Assembly: GCA_964016885.1 (NCBI GenBank)
Contig: OZ024744.1
Location: forward strand, 130,696,001 to 130,760,000
Source of the DNA: Eledone cirrhosa
Taxonomy: Eukaryota
Direction: 5' to 3'
Length of the DNA: 64,000 bases
Position 1 is the stretch's first letter. Every line of letters begins with the position of its first letter. A program made the position numbers and the translations under genes. Shown here in pieces: positions 22,782-36,195 of the stretch. The notes under the pieces are model-generated. The model was not told the DNA's origin and did no database searches. It worked only from the letters and a program-made list of their open reading frames with translations.

Positions 22782-24931
22782 AGTCGGGGTTAAGTTAAGT
22801 TGGCGTTAAGTTAAGTTGGCGTTAAGTTAAGTTAGGCTTAACTTAAGTTGGGGTTCAGTTAAGTTGGGGGTAAGTTAAGTTGGGGGTAAGTTAAGTTGGG
22901 GGTAAGTTAAGTTGGGGTTAAGTTAAGTTGCGGTTAAGTTGGGGTTAAGTTAAGTTAGGGTTAAGTTAAGTTGGGGTTGAGTTAAGTTGGGGTTAATTAA
23001 GTGGTGGTTATGTTAAGTTGGGGTTTAGTTAAGTTGGGGTTAATTTAAATTGGGGTTAAGTTAACTTTGTGGTTAAGTTAAGTTGGGGTTAAGTTAAGTT
23101 GGGGTAAAGTTGGGGTTGAGTTAAGTTGGGGTTGAGTGAAGTTGGGGTTAAGTTAAGTTGGGGTTAAGTTAAGTTGGGGTTAAGATAAGTCGGGGTTAAG
23201 TTAAGTTGTGGTTGAGTTAAGTTGGGGTTAATTTAAGTTGGGGCTAAGTTAATTTGTGGTTAAGTTAAGTTAGGGTTAAGTTAAGTTGGGGTTAAGTTAA
23301 GTTGGGGTTGAGTTAAGTTGGGGTTGAGTTAATTTGGGGTTAAGTTAAGTTGGGGTTAAGTTAAGTTGGGTTTAAGTTAAGTTGGGGTTAAATTAAGTTG
23401 GGGTTAAATTAAGTTGGGGTTAAGTTAAGTTGGGGGTAAGTTAAGTTGGGGGCAAGTTAATTTGGGGTTAATTTAAGTTGGGGTTAAATTAAGTTGTGGT
23501 TACGTTAAGTTGGTGTTAAGTTAAGTTGGGGTTAATTTAAGTTGGGGTTAATTAAGTTGGGGTTAAGTTAAGTTAGGGTTAAGTTAAGTTGGGGTTAATT
23601 TAAGTTGGGGTTGAGTTAAGTTGGGGTTAAGTTAAGTTGGGGTTATATTAAGTTGGGGTTAAGTTAAGTTGGGGTTCAGTTAAGTTGGGGTTAAGTTAAG
23701 TTGGGGTTAAGTTAAGTTGGGGTTAAGTTAAGTTGGGGTTAAGTCAAGTTGGGGTTAAGTTAAGTTGGGGTTAAGTTAATTTGTGGTTAAGTTAAGTTGT
23801 GGTTAAGTTAAGTTGGGGTTAAGTTAAGTTGGGCTTAAGTTAAGTCGGGGTTAAGTTAAGTTGGGGTTAAGTTAAGTTGGGGTTAATTTAAGTTGGGGTT
23901 AAGTTAAGTTGGGGTTATGTTAAGTTGGGTTTAAGTTAAGTTGGGCTTAAGTTAAGTTGAGGTTAAGTTAAGTTGGGGTTAAATTAAGTTGGGGTTAAGT
24001 TAAGTTGGGGTTAAGTTAAGTTGGGGTTAAGTTAAGTTGGGGATAAGTTAAGTTGGGGATAATTTAAGTTGGGGTTAAGTTAAGTTGGGTTTAAGTTAAG
24101 TTGGGGTTAAGTTAAGTTGGGGTTAAGTTAAGTTGGGGTTAAGTTAAGTTGGGGTTAAGTTAAGTTGGGGCTAAGTTAAGTTGGGGCTGAGTTAAGTTGG
24201 GGTTAAGTTAAATTGGGGTTAAGTTAAGTTGGGGTTAAGTTAAGTTGGGGTAAAGTTAAGTTGGGGTTTATTTAAGTTGGGGTTAAGTTAAGTTGGGGTT
24301 CAGTTAAGTTGGGGTTCAGTTAAGTTGGGGTTAAGTTAAGTTGGGGTTAAGATGGGGTTAAATTAAGTTGGGGTTAAGTTAAGTTGGGGTTAAGTTAAGT
24401 TGGGGTTAAGCTAAGTTGGGGTTAAGTTAAGTCGGGGTTAAGTTAAGTCGGGGTTAAGTTAAGTTAGGGTTCAGTTAAGTTGGGGTTAAGTTAAGTTGGG
24501 GTTGAGTTAAGTTGGGGTTGAGTTAAGTTGGGGTTAAGTTAAGTTGGGGTTAATTTAAGTTGCAGTTAAGTTAAGTTGAGGTTAAGTTAAGGTGCGGTTA
24601 AGTTAAGTTGGGGTTAAGTTAAGTTGGGGCTAAGTTAAGTTGGGGCTAAGTTAAGTTGGGGCTAAGTTAAGTTTGGGTTAAGTTAAGTCGGGTTAAGTTA
24701 AGTTGGGGTTAAGTTAAGTTGGGGTTAATTTAAGTTGGGGTTAAGTTAAGATGGGGTTAAGTTAAGTTGGGGTTAAGTTAAGTTGGGGTTGAGTTAAGTT
24801 GGGTTTAAGTTAAGTTGGGGTTAAGTTAAGTTGGTTAGTTAAGTTGAGTTTAAGTTAAGTTGGGGTTAATTTAAGTTGGGGTTAAGTTAAGTTGGGGTTA
24901 AGTTAAGTTGGGGTTAAGTTAAGTTGGGTTT

Positions 24932-25131
24932 AACCCCAACTTAACTTAACCCCAACTTCACTCAACCCCAACGTAACTCAACCCCAACTTAACTTAACCC
25001 CAACTTCACTCAACCCCAACTTAACTTAACCCCAACTTCACTCAACACCAACTTAAGTCAACCCCAACTTAACTTAACCCCAACTTGACTTAACCCCAAC
25101 TTAAATTAGCCCCAACTTAACTTAAGCCCAA
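24932..25131 (-). repeat. Inverted satellite block 9, haplotype B
   Basis: Haplotype B markers, 200 bp. Confidence 0.97.
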
Positions 25132-28100
25132 AGTCGGGGTTAAGTTAAGTTGGCGTTATGTTAAGTCAGGCTTAACTTAAGTTGGGGTTCAGTTAAGTTG
25201 GGGGTAAGTTAAGTTGCGGGTAAGTTAAGTTGGGGTTAAGTTAAGTTGCGGTTAAGTTGGGGTTAAGTTAAGTTAGGGTTAAGTTAAGTTGGGGTTAATT
25301 AAGTGGTGGTTATGTTAAGTTGGGGTTAATTTAAATTGGGGTTAAGTTAACTTTGTGGTTAAGTTAAGTTGGGGTTAAGTTAAGTTGGGGTTAAGTTGGG
25401 GTTGAGTTAAGTTGGGGTTGAGTGAAGTTGGGGTTAAGTTAAGTTGGGGTAAAGTTAAGTTGGGGTTAAGTTAAGTCGGGGTTAAGTTAAGTTGTGGTTG
25501 AGTTAAGTTGGGGTTAATTTAAGTTGGGGCTAAGTTAATTTGTGGTTAAGTTAAGTTGGGGTTAAGTTAAGTTGGGGTTAAGTTAAGTTGGGGTTGAGTT
25601 AAGTTGGGGTTGAGTTAAGTTGGGGTTAAGTTAAGTTGGGGTCAAGTTAAGTTGGGGTTAAGTTGGGGTTAAGTTAAGTTAGGTTTAAGTTAAGTTGGGG
25701 TTAAGTTAAGTTGTGGTTAAGTTAAGTTGGGGTTAAGTTAAGTTGGGGTTAAGTTAAGTTGGGGTTAAGTTAATTTGTGGTTAAGTTAAGTTGGGGTTAA
25801 GATAAGTTGGGGTTAAGTTAAGTCGGGGTTAAGTTAAGTTGGGGTTAAGTTAAGTTGGGGTTAATTTAAGTTGGGGTTAAGTTAAGTTGGGGTTAAATTA
25901 AGTTGGGGTTAAGTTAAGTTGGGGTTAAGTTAAGTTGGTGTTAAGTTAAGTTGGGGCTAAGTTAAGTTGGGGCTGAGTGAAGTTGGGGCTGAGTTAAGTT
26001 GGGGCTAAGTTAAGTTGGGGTTGAGTTAAGTTGGGGTTAAGTTGGGGTTAAGTTAAGTTAGGTTTAAGTTAAGTTGGGGTTAAGTTAAGTTGGGGTTAAG
26101 TTAAGTTGGGGTTAAGTTAAGTTGGGGTTAAGTTAAGTTGGGGTTAAGTTAATTTGTGGTTAAGTTAAGTTGTGGTTAAGTTAAGTTGGGGTTAAGTTAA
26201 GTTGGGGTTAAGTTAAGTCGGGGTTAAATTAAGTTGGGGTTAAGTTAAGTTGGGGTTAATTTAAGTTGGGGTTAAGTTATGTTGGGGTTAAGTTAATTGG
26301 GGTTAAGTTAAGTTGGGGTTAAGTTAAGTTGAGGTTAAGTTAAGTTGGGGTTAAATTAAGTTGGGGTTAAGTTAAGTTGGGGTTAAGTTAAGTTGGGTTA
26401 AGTTAAGTTGGGGATAAGTTAAGTTGGGGATAATTTAAGTTGGGGTTAAGTTAAGTTGGGTTTAAGTTAAGTTGGGGTTGAGTTAAGTTGGGGCTAAGTT
26501 AAGTTGGGGCTAAGTTAAGTTGGGGTTAAGTTAAGTTGGGGTTAAGTTAAGTCGGGGTTAAGTTAAGTTGGGGTTAAGTTAAGTTGGGGTTAATTTAAGT
26601 TGGGGTTGAGTTAAGTTGGTGTTGAGTTAAGTTGGGGTTAAGTTAAGTTGGGGTTAAGTTAAGTTGCAGTTAAGTTAAGTTGAGGTTAAGTTAAGGTGCG
26701 GTTAAGTTAAGTTGGGGTTAAGTTAAGTTGGGGCTAAGTTAAGTTGGGGCTAAGTTACGTTGGGGTTAAGTTAAGTTGGGGTTAAGTTAAGTCGGGGTTA
26801 AGTTAAGTTGGGGTTAAGTTAAGTTGGGGTTAATTTAAGTTGGGGTTAAGTTAATTTGGGGTTAAGTTAAGTTGGGGTTAAGTTAAGTTGGGGTTAAGTT
26901 AAGTCGGGGTTAATTTAAGTCGGGGTTAAGTTAAGTTAGGGTTCAGTTAAGTTGGGGTTAAGTTAAGTTGGGGTTGAGTTAAGTTGGGGTTGAGTTAAAT
27001 TGGGGTTGAGTTAAGTTGGGGTTGAGTTAAGTTGGTGTTGAGTTAAGTGGGGGTTAAGTTAAGTTGGGGTTAAGTTAAGTTGCAGTTAAGTTAAGTTGAG
27101 GTTAAGTTAAGGTGGGGTTAAGTTAAGTCGGGGTTAAGTTAAGTTGTGGTTGAGTTAAGTTGGGCTGAGTTAAGTTGGGGCTAAGTTAAGTTGGGGTTGA
27201 GTTAAGTTGGGGTTAAGTTGGGGTTAAGTTAAGTCGGGGTTAAGTTAAGTTGTGGTTTAGTTAAGTTGGGGTTAATTTAAGTTGGGGCTAAGTTAATTTG
27301 TGGTTAAGTTAAATTGGGGTTAAGTTAAGTTGGGGTTAAGTTAAGTTGGGGTTGAGTTAAGTTGGGGTTGAGTTAAGTTGGGGTTAAGTTAAGTTGGGGT
27401 CAAGTTAAGTTGGGGTTAAGTTGGGGTTAAGTTAAGTTAGGTTTAAGTTAAGTTGGGGTTAAGTTAAGTTGGGGTTAAGTTAAGTTGGGGTTAAGTTAAG
27501 TTGGGGTTAAGTTAAGTTGGGGTTAAGTTAATTTGTGGTTAAGTTAAGTTGGGGTTAAGTTAAGTTGGGGTTAAGTTAAGTCGGGGTTAAGTTAAGTTGG
27601 GGTTAAGTTAAGTTGGGGTTAATTTAAGTTGGGGTTAAGTTAAGTTGGGGTTAAATTAAGTTGGGGTTAAGTTAAGTTGGGGTTAAGTTAAGTTGGTGTT
27701 AAGTTAAGTTGGGGCTAAGTTAAGTTGGGGCTGAGTTAAGTTGGGGCTGAGTTAAGTTGGGGCTAAGTTAAGTTGGGGTTGAGTTAAGTTGGGGTTAAGT
27801 TGGGGTTAAGTTAAGTTAGGTTTAAGTTAAGTTGGGGTTAAGTTAAGTTGGGGTTAAGTTAAGTTGGGGTTAAGTTAAGTTGGGGTTAAGTTAAGTTGCG
27901 GTTAAGTTAAGTCGGGGTTAAATTAAGTTGGGGTTAAGTTAAGTTGGGGTTAATTTAAGTTGGGGTTAAGTTATGTTGGGGTTAAGTTAATTGGGGTTAA
28001 GTTAAGTTGGGGTTAAGTTAAGTTGAGGTTAAGTTAAGTTGGGGTTAAATTAAGTTGGGGTTAAGTTAAGTTGGGGTTAAGTTAAGTTGGGTTAAGTTAA

Positions 28101-30511
28101 GTTGGGGATAAGTTAAGTTGGGGATAATTTAAGTTGGGGTTAAGTTAAGTTGGGTTTAAGTTAAGTTGGTGTTAAGTTAAGTTGGGGCTAAGTTAAGTTG
28201 GGGCTAAGTTAAGTTGGGGTTAAGTTAAGTTGGGGTTAAGTTAAGTCGGGGTTAAGTTAAGTTGGGGTTAAGTTAAGTTGGGGTTAATTTAAGTTGGGGT
28301 TGAGTTAAGTTGGTGTTGAGTTAAGTTGGGGTTAAGTTAAGTTGGGGTTAAGTTAAGTTGCAGTTAAGTTAAGTTGGGGTTAAGTTAATTTGGGGTTGAG
28401 TTAATTCGGGGTTAAGTTAAGTTGGGGTCAAGTTAAGTTGGGGTTAAGTTGGGGTTAAGTTAAGTTAGGTTTAAGTTAAGTTGGGGTTAAGTTAAGTTGG
28501 GGTTAAGTTAAGTTGGGGTTAAGTTAAGTTGGGGTTAAGTTAAGTTGGGGTTAAGTTAAGTCGGGGTTAAGTTAAGTTGGGGTTAAGTTAAGTTGGGGTT
28601 AAGTTAAGTTGGGGTTAAGTTAAGTTGGGGTTAAGTTAAGTTGGGGTTAAGTTAAGTTGAGGTTAAGTTAAGTTGGGGTTAAATTAAGTTGGGGTTAAGT
28701 TAAGTTGGGGTTAAGTTAAGTTGGGGTTAAGTTAAGTTGGGGATAAGTTAAGTTGGGGATAATTTAAGTTGGGGTTAAGTTAAGTTGGGTTTAAGTATAA
28801 GTTGGGGTTAAGTTAAGTTGGGGTTAATTTAAGTTGGGGTTAAGTTAAGTTAGGGTTAAGTTAAGTTGGGGTTAAGTTAAGTTGGGGTTGAGTTAAGTTG
28901 GGGTTGAGTTAATTTGGGGTTAAGTTAAGTTGGGGTAAAGTTAAGTTGGGTTTAAGTTAAGTTGGGGTTAAATTAAGTTGGGGTTAAATTAAGTTGGGGT
29001 TAAGTTAAGTTGGGGGTAAGTTAAGTTGGGGGCAAGTTAATTTGGGGTTAATTTAAGTTGGGGTTAAATTAAGTTGTGGTTACGTTAAGTTGGTGTTAAG
29101 TTAAGTTGGGGTTAATTTAAGTTGGGGTTAATTAAGTTGGGGTTAAGTTAAGTTAGGGTTAAGTTAAGTTGGGGTTAATTTAAGTTGGGGTTGAGTTAAG
29201 TTGGGGTTAAGTTAAGTTGGGGTTATATTAAGTTGGGGTTAAGTTAAGTTGGGGTTCAGTTAAGTTGGGGTTAAGTTAAGTTGGGGTTAAGTTAAGTTGG
29301 GGTTAAGTTAAGTTGGGGTTAAGTCAAGTTGGGGTTAAGTTAAGTTGGGGTTAAGTTAATTTGTGGTTAAGTTAAGTTGTGGTTAAGTTAAGTTGGGGTT
29401 AAGTTAAGTTGGGCTTAAGTTAAGTCGGGGTTAAGTTAAGTTGGGGTTAAGTTAAGTTGGGGTTAATTTAAGTTGGGGTTAAGTTAAGTTGGGGTTATGT
29501 TAAGTTGGGTTTAAGTTAAGTTGGGCTTAAGTTAAGTTGAGGTTAAGTTAAGTTGGGGTTAAATTAAGTTGGGGTTAAGTTAAGTTGGGGTTAAGTTAAG
29601 TTGGGGTTAAGTTAAGTTGGGGATAAGTTAAGTTGGGGATAATTTAAGTTGGGGTTAAGTTAAGTTGGGTTTAAGTTAAGTTGGGGTTAAGTTAAGTTGG
29701 GGTTAAGTTAAGTTGGGGTTAAGTTAAGTTGGGGTTAAGTTAAGTTGGGGCTAAGTTAAGTTGGGGCTGAGTTAAGTTGGGGTTAAGTTAAATTGGGGTT
29801 AAGTTAAGTTGGGGTTAAGTTAAGTTGGGGTAAAGTTAAGTTGGGGTTTATTTAAGTTGGGGTTAAGTTAAGTTGGGGTTCAGTTAAGTTGGGGTTCAGT
29901 TAAGTTGGGGTTAAGTTAAGTTGGGGTTAAGATGGGGTTAAATTAAGTTGGGGTTAAGTTAAGTTGGGGTTAAGTTAAGTTGGGGTTAAGCTAAGTTGGG
30001 GTTAAGTTAAGTCGGGGTTAAGTTAAGTCGGGGTTAAGTTAAGTTAGGGTTCAGTTAAGTTGGGGTTAAGTTAAGTTGGGGTTGAGTTAAGTTGGGGTTG
30101 AGTTAAGTTGGGGTTAAGTTAAGTTGGGGTTAATTTAAGTTGCAGTTAAGTTAAGTTGAGGTTAAGTTAAGGTGCGGTTAAGTTAAGTTGGGGTTAAGTT
30201 AAGTTGGGGCTAAGTTAAGTTGGGGCTAAGTTAAGTTGGGGCTAAGTTAAGTTTGGGTTAAGTTAAGTCGGGTTAAGTTAAGTTGGGGTTAAGTTAAGTT
30301 GGGGTTAATTTAAGTTGGGGTTAAGTTAAGATGGGGTTAAGTTAAGTTGGGGTTAAGTTAAGTTGGGGTTGAGTTAAGTTGGGTTTAAGTTAAGTTGGGG
30401 TTAAGTTAAGTTGGTTAGTTAAGTTGAGTTTAAGTTAAGTTGGGGTTAATTTAAGTTGGGGTTAAGTTAAGTTGGGGTTAAGTTAAGTTGGGGTTAAGTT
30501 AAGTTGGGTTT

Positions 30512-30711
30512 AACCCCAACTTAACTTAACCCCAACTTCACTCAACCCCAACGTAACTCAACCCCAACTTAACTTAACCCCAACTTCACTCAACCCCAAC
30601 TTAACTTAACCCCAACTTCACTCAACACCAACTTAAGTCAACCCCAACTTAACTTAACCCCAACTTGACTTAACCCCAACTTAAATTAGCCCCAACTTAA
30701 CTTAAGCCCAA
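30512..30711 (-). repeat. Inverted satellite block 10, haplotype B
   Basis: Haplotype B markers, 200 bp; 5580 bp after block 9. Confidence 0.97.
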
Positions 30712-33700
30712 AGTCGGGGTTAAGTTAAGTTGGCGTTATGTTAAGTCAGGCTTAACTTAAGTTGGGGTTCAGTTAAGTTGGGGGTAAGTTAAGTTGCGGG
30801 TAAGTTAAGTTGGGGTTAAGTTAAGTTGCGGTTAAGTTGGGGTTAAGTTAAGTTAGGGTTAAGTTAAGTTGGGGTTAATTAAGTGGTGGTTATGTTAAGT
30901 TGGGGTTAATTTAAATTGGGGTTAAGTTAACTTTGTGGTTAAGTTAAGTTGGGGTTAAGTTAAGTTGGGGTTAAGTTGGGGTTGAGTTAAGTTGGGGTTG
31001 AGTGAAGTTGGGGTTAAGTTAAGTTGGGGTAAAGTTAAGTTGGGGTTAAGTTAAGTCGGGGTTAAGTTAAGTTGTGGTTGAGTTAAGTTGGGGTTAATTT
31101 AAGTTGGGGCTAAGTTAATTTGTGGTTAAGTTAAGTTGGGGTTAAGTTAAGTTGGGGTTAAGTTAAGTTGGGGTTGAGTTAAGTTGGGGTTGAGTTAAGT
31201 TGGGGTTAAGTTAAGTTGGGGTCAAGTTAAGTTGGGGTTAAGTTGGGGTTAAGTTAAGTTAGGTTTAAGTTAAGTTGGGGTTAAGTTAAGTTGTGGTTAA
31301 GTTAAGTTGGGGTTAAGTTAAGTTGGGGTTAAGTTAAGTTGGGGTTAAGTTAATTTGTGGTTAAGTTAAGTTGGGGTTAAGATAAGTTGGGGTTAAGTTA
31401 AGTCGGGGTTAAGTTAAGTTGGGGTTAAGTTAAGTTGGGGTTAATTTAAGTTGGGGTTAAGTTAAGTTGGGGTTAAATTAAGTTGGGGTTAAGTTAAGTT
31501 GGGGTTAAGTTAAGTTGGTGTTAAGTTAAGTTGGGGCTAAGTTAAGTTGGGGCTGAGTGAAGTTGGGGCTGAGTTAAGTTGGGGCTAAGTTAAGTTGGGG
31601 TTGAGTTAAGTTGGGGTTAAGTTGGGGTTAAGTTAAGTTAGGTTTAAGTTAAGTTGGGGTTAAGTTAAGTTGGGGTTAAGTTAAGTTGGGGTTAAGTTAA
31701 GTTGGGGTTAAGTTAAGTTGGGGTTAAGTTAATTTGTGGTTAAGTTAAGTTGTGGTTAAGTTAAGTTGGGGTTAAGTTAAGTTGGGGTTAAGTTAAGTCG
31801 GGGTTAAATTAAGTTGGGGTTAAGTTAAGTTGGGGTTAATTTAAGTTGGGGTTAAGTTATGTTGGGGTTAAGTTAATTGGGGTTAAGTTAAGTTGGGGTT
31901 AAGTTAAGTTGAGGTTAAGTTAAGTTGGGGTTAAATTAAGTTGGGGTTAAGTTAAGTTGGGGTTAAGTTAAGTTGGGTTAAGTTAAGTTGGGGATAAGTT
32001 AAGTTGGGGATAATTTAAGTTGGGGTTAAGTTAAGTTGGGTTTAAGTTAAGTTGGGGTTGAGTTAAGTTGGGGCTAAGTTAAGTTGGGGCTAAGTTAAGT
32101 TGGGGTTAAGTTAAGTTGGGGTTAAGTTAAGTCGGGGTTAAGTTAAGTTGGGGTTAAGTTAAGTTGGGGTTAATTTAAGTTGGGGTTGAGTTAAGTTGGT
32201 GTTGAGTTAAGTTGGGGTTAAGTTAAGTTGGGGTTAAGTTAAGTTGCAGTTAAGTTAAGTTGAGGTTAAGTTAAGGTGCGGTTAAGTTAAGTTGGGGTTA
32301 AGTTAAGTTGGGGCTAAGTTAAGTTGGGGCTAAGTTACGTTGGGGTTAAGTTAAGTTGGGGTTAAGTTAAGTCGGGGTTAAGTTAAGTTGGGGTTAAGTT
32401 AAGTTGGGGTTAATTTAAGTTGGGGTTAAGTTAATTTGGGGTTAAGTTAAGTTGGGGTTAAGTTAAGTTGGGGTTAAGTTAAGTCGGGGTTAATTTAAGT
32501 CGGGGTTAAGTTAAGTTAGGGTTCAGTTAAGTTGGGGTTAAGTTAAGTTGGGGTTGAGTTAAGTTGGGGTTGAGTTAAATTGGGGTTGAGTTAAGTTGGG
32601 GTTGAGTTAAGTTGGTGTTGAGTTAAGTGGGGGTTAAGTTAAGTTGGGGTTAAGTTAAGTTGCAGTTAAGTTAAGTTGAGGTTAAGTTAAGGTGGGGTTA
32701 AGTTAAGTCGGGGTTAAGTTAAGTTGTGGTTGAGTTAAGTTGGGCTGAGTTAAGTTGGGGCTAAGTTAAGTTGGGGTTGAGTTAAGTTGGGGTTAAGTTG
32801 GGGTTAAGTTAAGTCGGGGTTAAGTTAAGTTGTGGTTTAGTTAAGTTGGGGTTAATTTAAGTTGGGGCTAAGTTAATTTGTGGTTAAGTTAAATTGGGGT
32901 TAAGTTAAGTTGGGGTTAAGTTAAGTTGGGGTTGAGTTAAGTTGGGGTTGAGTTAAGTTGGGGTTAAGTTAAGTTGGGGTCAAGTTAAGTTGGGGTTAAG
33001 TTGGGGTTAAGTTAAGTTAGGTTTAAGTTAAGTTGGGGTTAAGTTAAGTTGGGGTTAAGTTAAGTTGGGGTTAAGTTAAGTTGGGGTTAAGTTAAGTTGG
33101 GGTTAAGTTAATTTGTGGTTAAGTTAAGTTGGGGTTAAGTTAAGTTGGGGTTAAGTTAAGTCGGGGTTAAGTTAAGTTGGGGTTAAGTTAAGTTGGGGTT
33201 AATTTAAGTTGGGGTTAAGTTAAGTTGGGGTTAAATTAAGTTGGGGTTAAGTTAAGTTGGGGTTAAGTTAAGTTGGTGTTAAGTTAAGTTGGGGCTAAGT
33301 TAAGTTGGGGCTGAGTTAAGTTGGGGCTGAGTTAAGTTGGGGCTAAGTTAAGTTGGGGTTGAGTTAAGTTGGGGTTAAGTTGGGGTTAAGTTAAGTTAGG
33401 TTTAAGTTAAGTTGGGGTTAAGTTAAGTTGGGGTTAAGTTAAGTTGGGGTTAAGTTAAGTTGGGGTTAAGTTAAGTTGCGGTTAAGTTAAGTCGGGGTTA
33501 AATTAAGTTGGGGTTAAGTTAAGTTGGGGTTAATTTAAGTTGGGGTTAAGTTATGTTGGGGTTAAGTTAATTGGGGTTAAGTTAAGTTGGGGTTAAGTTA
33601 AGTTGAGGTTAAGTTAAGTTGGGGTTAAATTAAGTTGGGGTTAAGTTAAGTTGGGGTTAAGTTAAGTTGGGTTAAGTTAAGTTGGGGATAAGTTAAGTTG

Positions 33701-36195
33701 GGGATAATTTAAGTTGGGGTTAAGTTAAGTTGGGTTTAAGTTAAGTTGGTGTTAAGTTAAGTTGGGGCTAAGTTAAGTTGGGGCTAAGTTAAGTTGGGGT
33801 TAAGTTAAGTTGGGGTTAAGTTAAGTCGGGGTTAAGTTAAGTTGGGGTTAAGTTAAGTTGGGGTTAATTTAAGTTGGGGTTGAGTTAAGTTGGTGTTGAG
33901 TTAAGTTGGGGTTAAGTTAAGTTGGGGTTAAGTTAAGTTGCAGTTAAGTTAAGTTGGGGTTAAGTTAATTTGGGGTTGAGTTAATTCGGGGTTAAGTTAA
34001 GTTGGGGTCAAGTTAAGTTGGGGTTAAGTTGGGGTTAAGTTAAGTTAGGTTTAAGTTAAGTTGGGGTTAAGTTAAGTTGGGGTTAAGTTAAGTTGGGGTT
34101 AAGTTAAGTTGGGGTTAAGTTAAGTTGGGGTTAAGTTAAGTCGGGGTTAAGTTAAGTTGGGGTTAAGTTAAGTTGGGGTTAAGTTAAGTTGGGGTTAAGT
34201 TAAGTTGGGGTTAAGTTAAGTTGGGGTTAAGTTAAGTTGAGGTTAAGTTAAGTTGGGGTTAAATTAAGTTGGGGTTAAGTTAAGTTGGGGTTAAGTTAAG
34301 TTGGGGTTAAGTTAAGTTGGGGATAAGTTAAGTTGGGGATAATTTAAGTTGGGGTTAAGTTAAGTTGGGTTTAAGTATAAGTTGGGGTTAAGTTAAGTTG
34401 GGGTTAATTTAAGTTGGGGTTAAGTTAAGTTGGGGTTAAGTTAAGTTGGGGTTAAGTTAAGTTGGGGTTAAGTTAAGTTGGGGTTAAGTTAAGTTGGGGT
34501 TAAGTTAAGTTGAGGTTAAGTTAAGTTGGGGTTAAATTAAGTTGGGGTTAAGTTAAGTTGGGGTTAAGTTAAGTTGGGGTTAAGTTAAGTTGGGGATAAG
34601 TTAAGTTGGGGATAATTTAAGTTGGGGTTAAGTTAAGTTGGGTTTAAGTTAAGTTGGGGTTAAGTTAAGTTGGGGTTAATTTAAGTTGGGGTTAAGTTAA
34701 GTTGGGGCTAAGTTAAGTTGGGGCTGAGTTAAGTTGGGGTTAAGTTAAGTTGGGGTTAAGTTAAGTTGGGGTTAATTTAAGTTGGGGTTTATTTAAGTTG
34801 GGGTTAAGTTAAGTTGGGGTTCAGTTAAGTTGGGGTTAAGTTAAGTTGGTGTTAAGATGGGGTTAAATTAAGTTGGGGTTAAGTTAAGTTGGGGTTAAGT
34901 TAAGTTGGGGTTAAGTTAAGTTGGGGTTAAGTTAAGTCGGGGTTAAGTTAAGTCGGGGTTAAGTTAAGTTAGGGTTCAGTTAATTGGGGTTAAGTTAAGT
35001 TGGGGTTGAGTTAAGTTGGGGTTGAGTTAAATTGGGGTTGAGTTAAGTTGGGGTTGAGTTAAGTTGGTGTTGAGTTAAGTTGGGGTTAAGTTAAGTTGGG
35101 GTTAAATTAAGTTGGGGTTAAATTAAGTTGGGGTTAAGTTAAGTTGGGGGTAAGTTAAGTTTGGGGCAAGTTAAGTTGGGGTTAATTTAAGTTGGGGTTA
35201 AATTAAGTTGGGGTTACGTTAAGTTGGTGCTAAGTTAAGTTGGGGTTAATTTAAGTTGGGGTTAATTAAGTTGGGGTTAAGTTAAGTTGGGGTTAAGTTA
35301 AGTTGGGGTTAATTTAAGTTGGGGTTGAGTTAAGTTGGGGTTAAGTTAATTTGGGGTTATATTAAGTTGGGGTTAAGTTAAGTTGGGGTTCAGTTAAGTT
35401 GGGGTTAAGTTAAGTTGGGGTTAAGTTAGGTTGGTGTTAAGTTAAGTTGGGGCTAAGTTAAGTTGGGGCTGAGTTAAGTTGGGGCTGAGTTAAGTTGGGG
35501 CTAAATTAAGTTGGGGTTGAGTTAAGTTGGGGTTAAGTTGGGGTTAAGTTAAGTTAGGTTTAATTTAAGTTGGGGTTAAGTTAAGTTGGGGTTAAGTTAA
35601 GTTGGGGTTAAGTTAAGTTGGGGTTAAGTTAAGTTGGGGTTAAGTTAAGTTGGGGTTAAGTTAATTTGTGGTTAAGTTAAGTTGTGGTTAAGTTAAGTTG
35701 GGGTTAAGTTAAGTTGGGGTTAATTTAAGTTGGGGTTAAGTTAAGTTGGGGTTAAGTTAAGTTGGGGTTAAGTTAAGTTGGGGTTAAGTTAAGTTGGGGA
35801 TAATTTAAGTTGGGGTTAAGTTAAGTTTGAGTTTAAGTTAAGTTGGGGTTAAGTTAAGTTGGGGTTAAGTTAAGTTGGGTTTAAGTTAAGTTGGTTAGTT
35901 AAGTTGAGTTTAAGTTAAGTTGTGGTTAATTTAAGTTGGGGTTAAGTTAAGCTGGGGTTAAGTTAAGTTGGGGTTAAGTTAAGTTGGGGTTAATTTAAGT
36001 TGGGGTTAAGTTAAGTTGGGGTTAAGTTAAGTCGGGGTTAAGTTAAGTTGGGGTTAAGTTAAGTTGGGGTTAAGTTAAGTTGGGGTTAAGTTAAGTTGGT
36101 TAGTTAAGTTGAGTTTAAGTTAAGTTGGGGTTAATTTAAGTTGGGTTAAGTTAAGTTGGGGTTAAGTTAAGTTGGGGTTAAGTTAAGTTGGGGTT

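Larger units (their letters stand above)
8750..23676 (+). repeat. ~7.4 kb higher-order tandem duplication (copy 1 ~8750-16185, copy 2 ~16185-23676), each copy with inverted blocks A-B-A
   Basis: Block offsets 10155/17578 (7423), 12603/19994 (7391), 15125/22607 (7482); TGTGG..TCGGGG 8781/16204; TTATATT 16161/23643; private AAGTTCGTTTG variant at ~10051, 15021, 17474 and 22503. Confidence 0.8.
23260..34431 (+). repeat. Near-identical 5,580-bp tandem duplication (copy 1 ~23260-28839, copy 2 ~28840-34431)
   Basis: Printed lines repeat at offset 5580 (23281=28861, 24901=30481, 28741=34321); shared private variants AAGTATAAG and AATTCGGGG; one difference seen near 28937. Confidence 0.92.
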
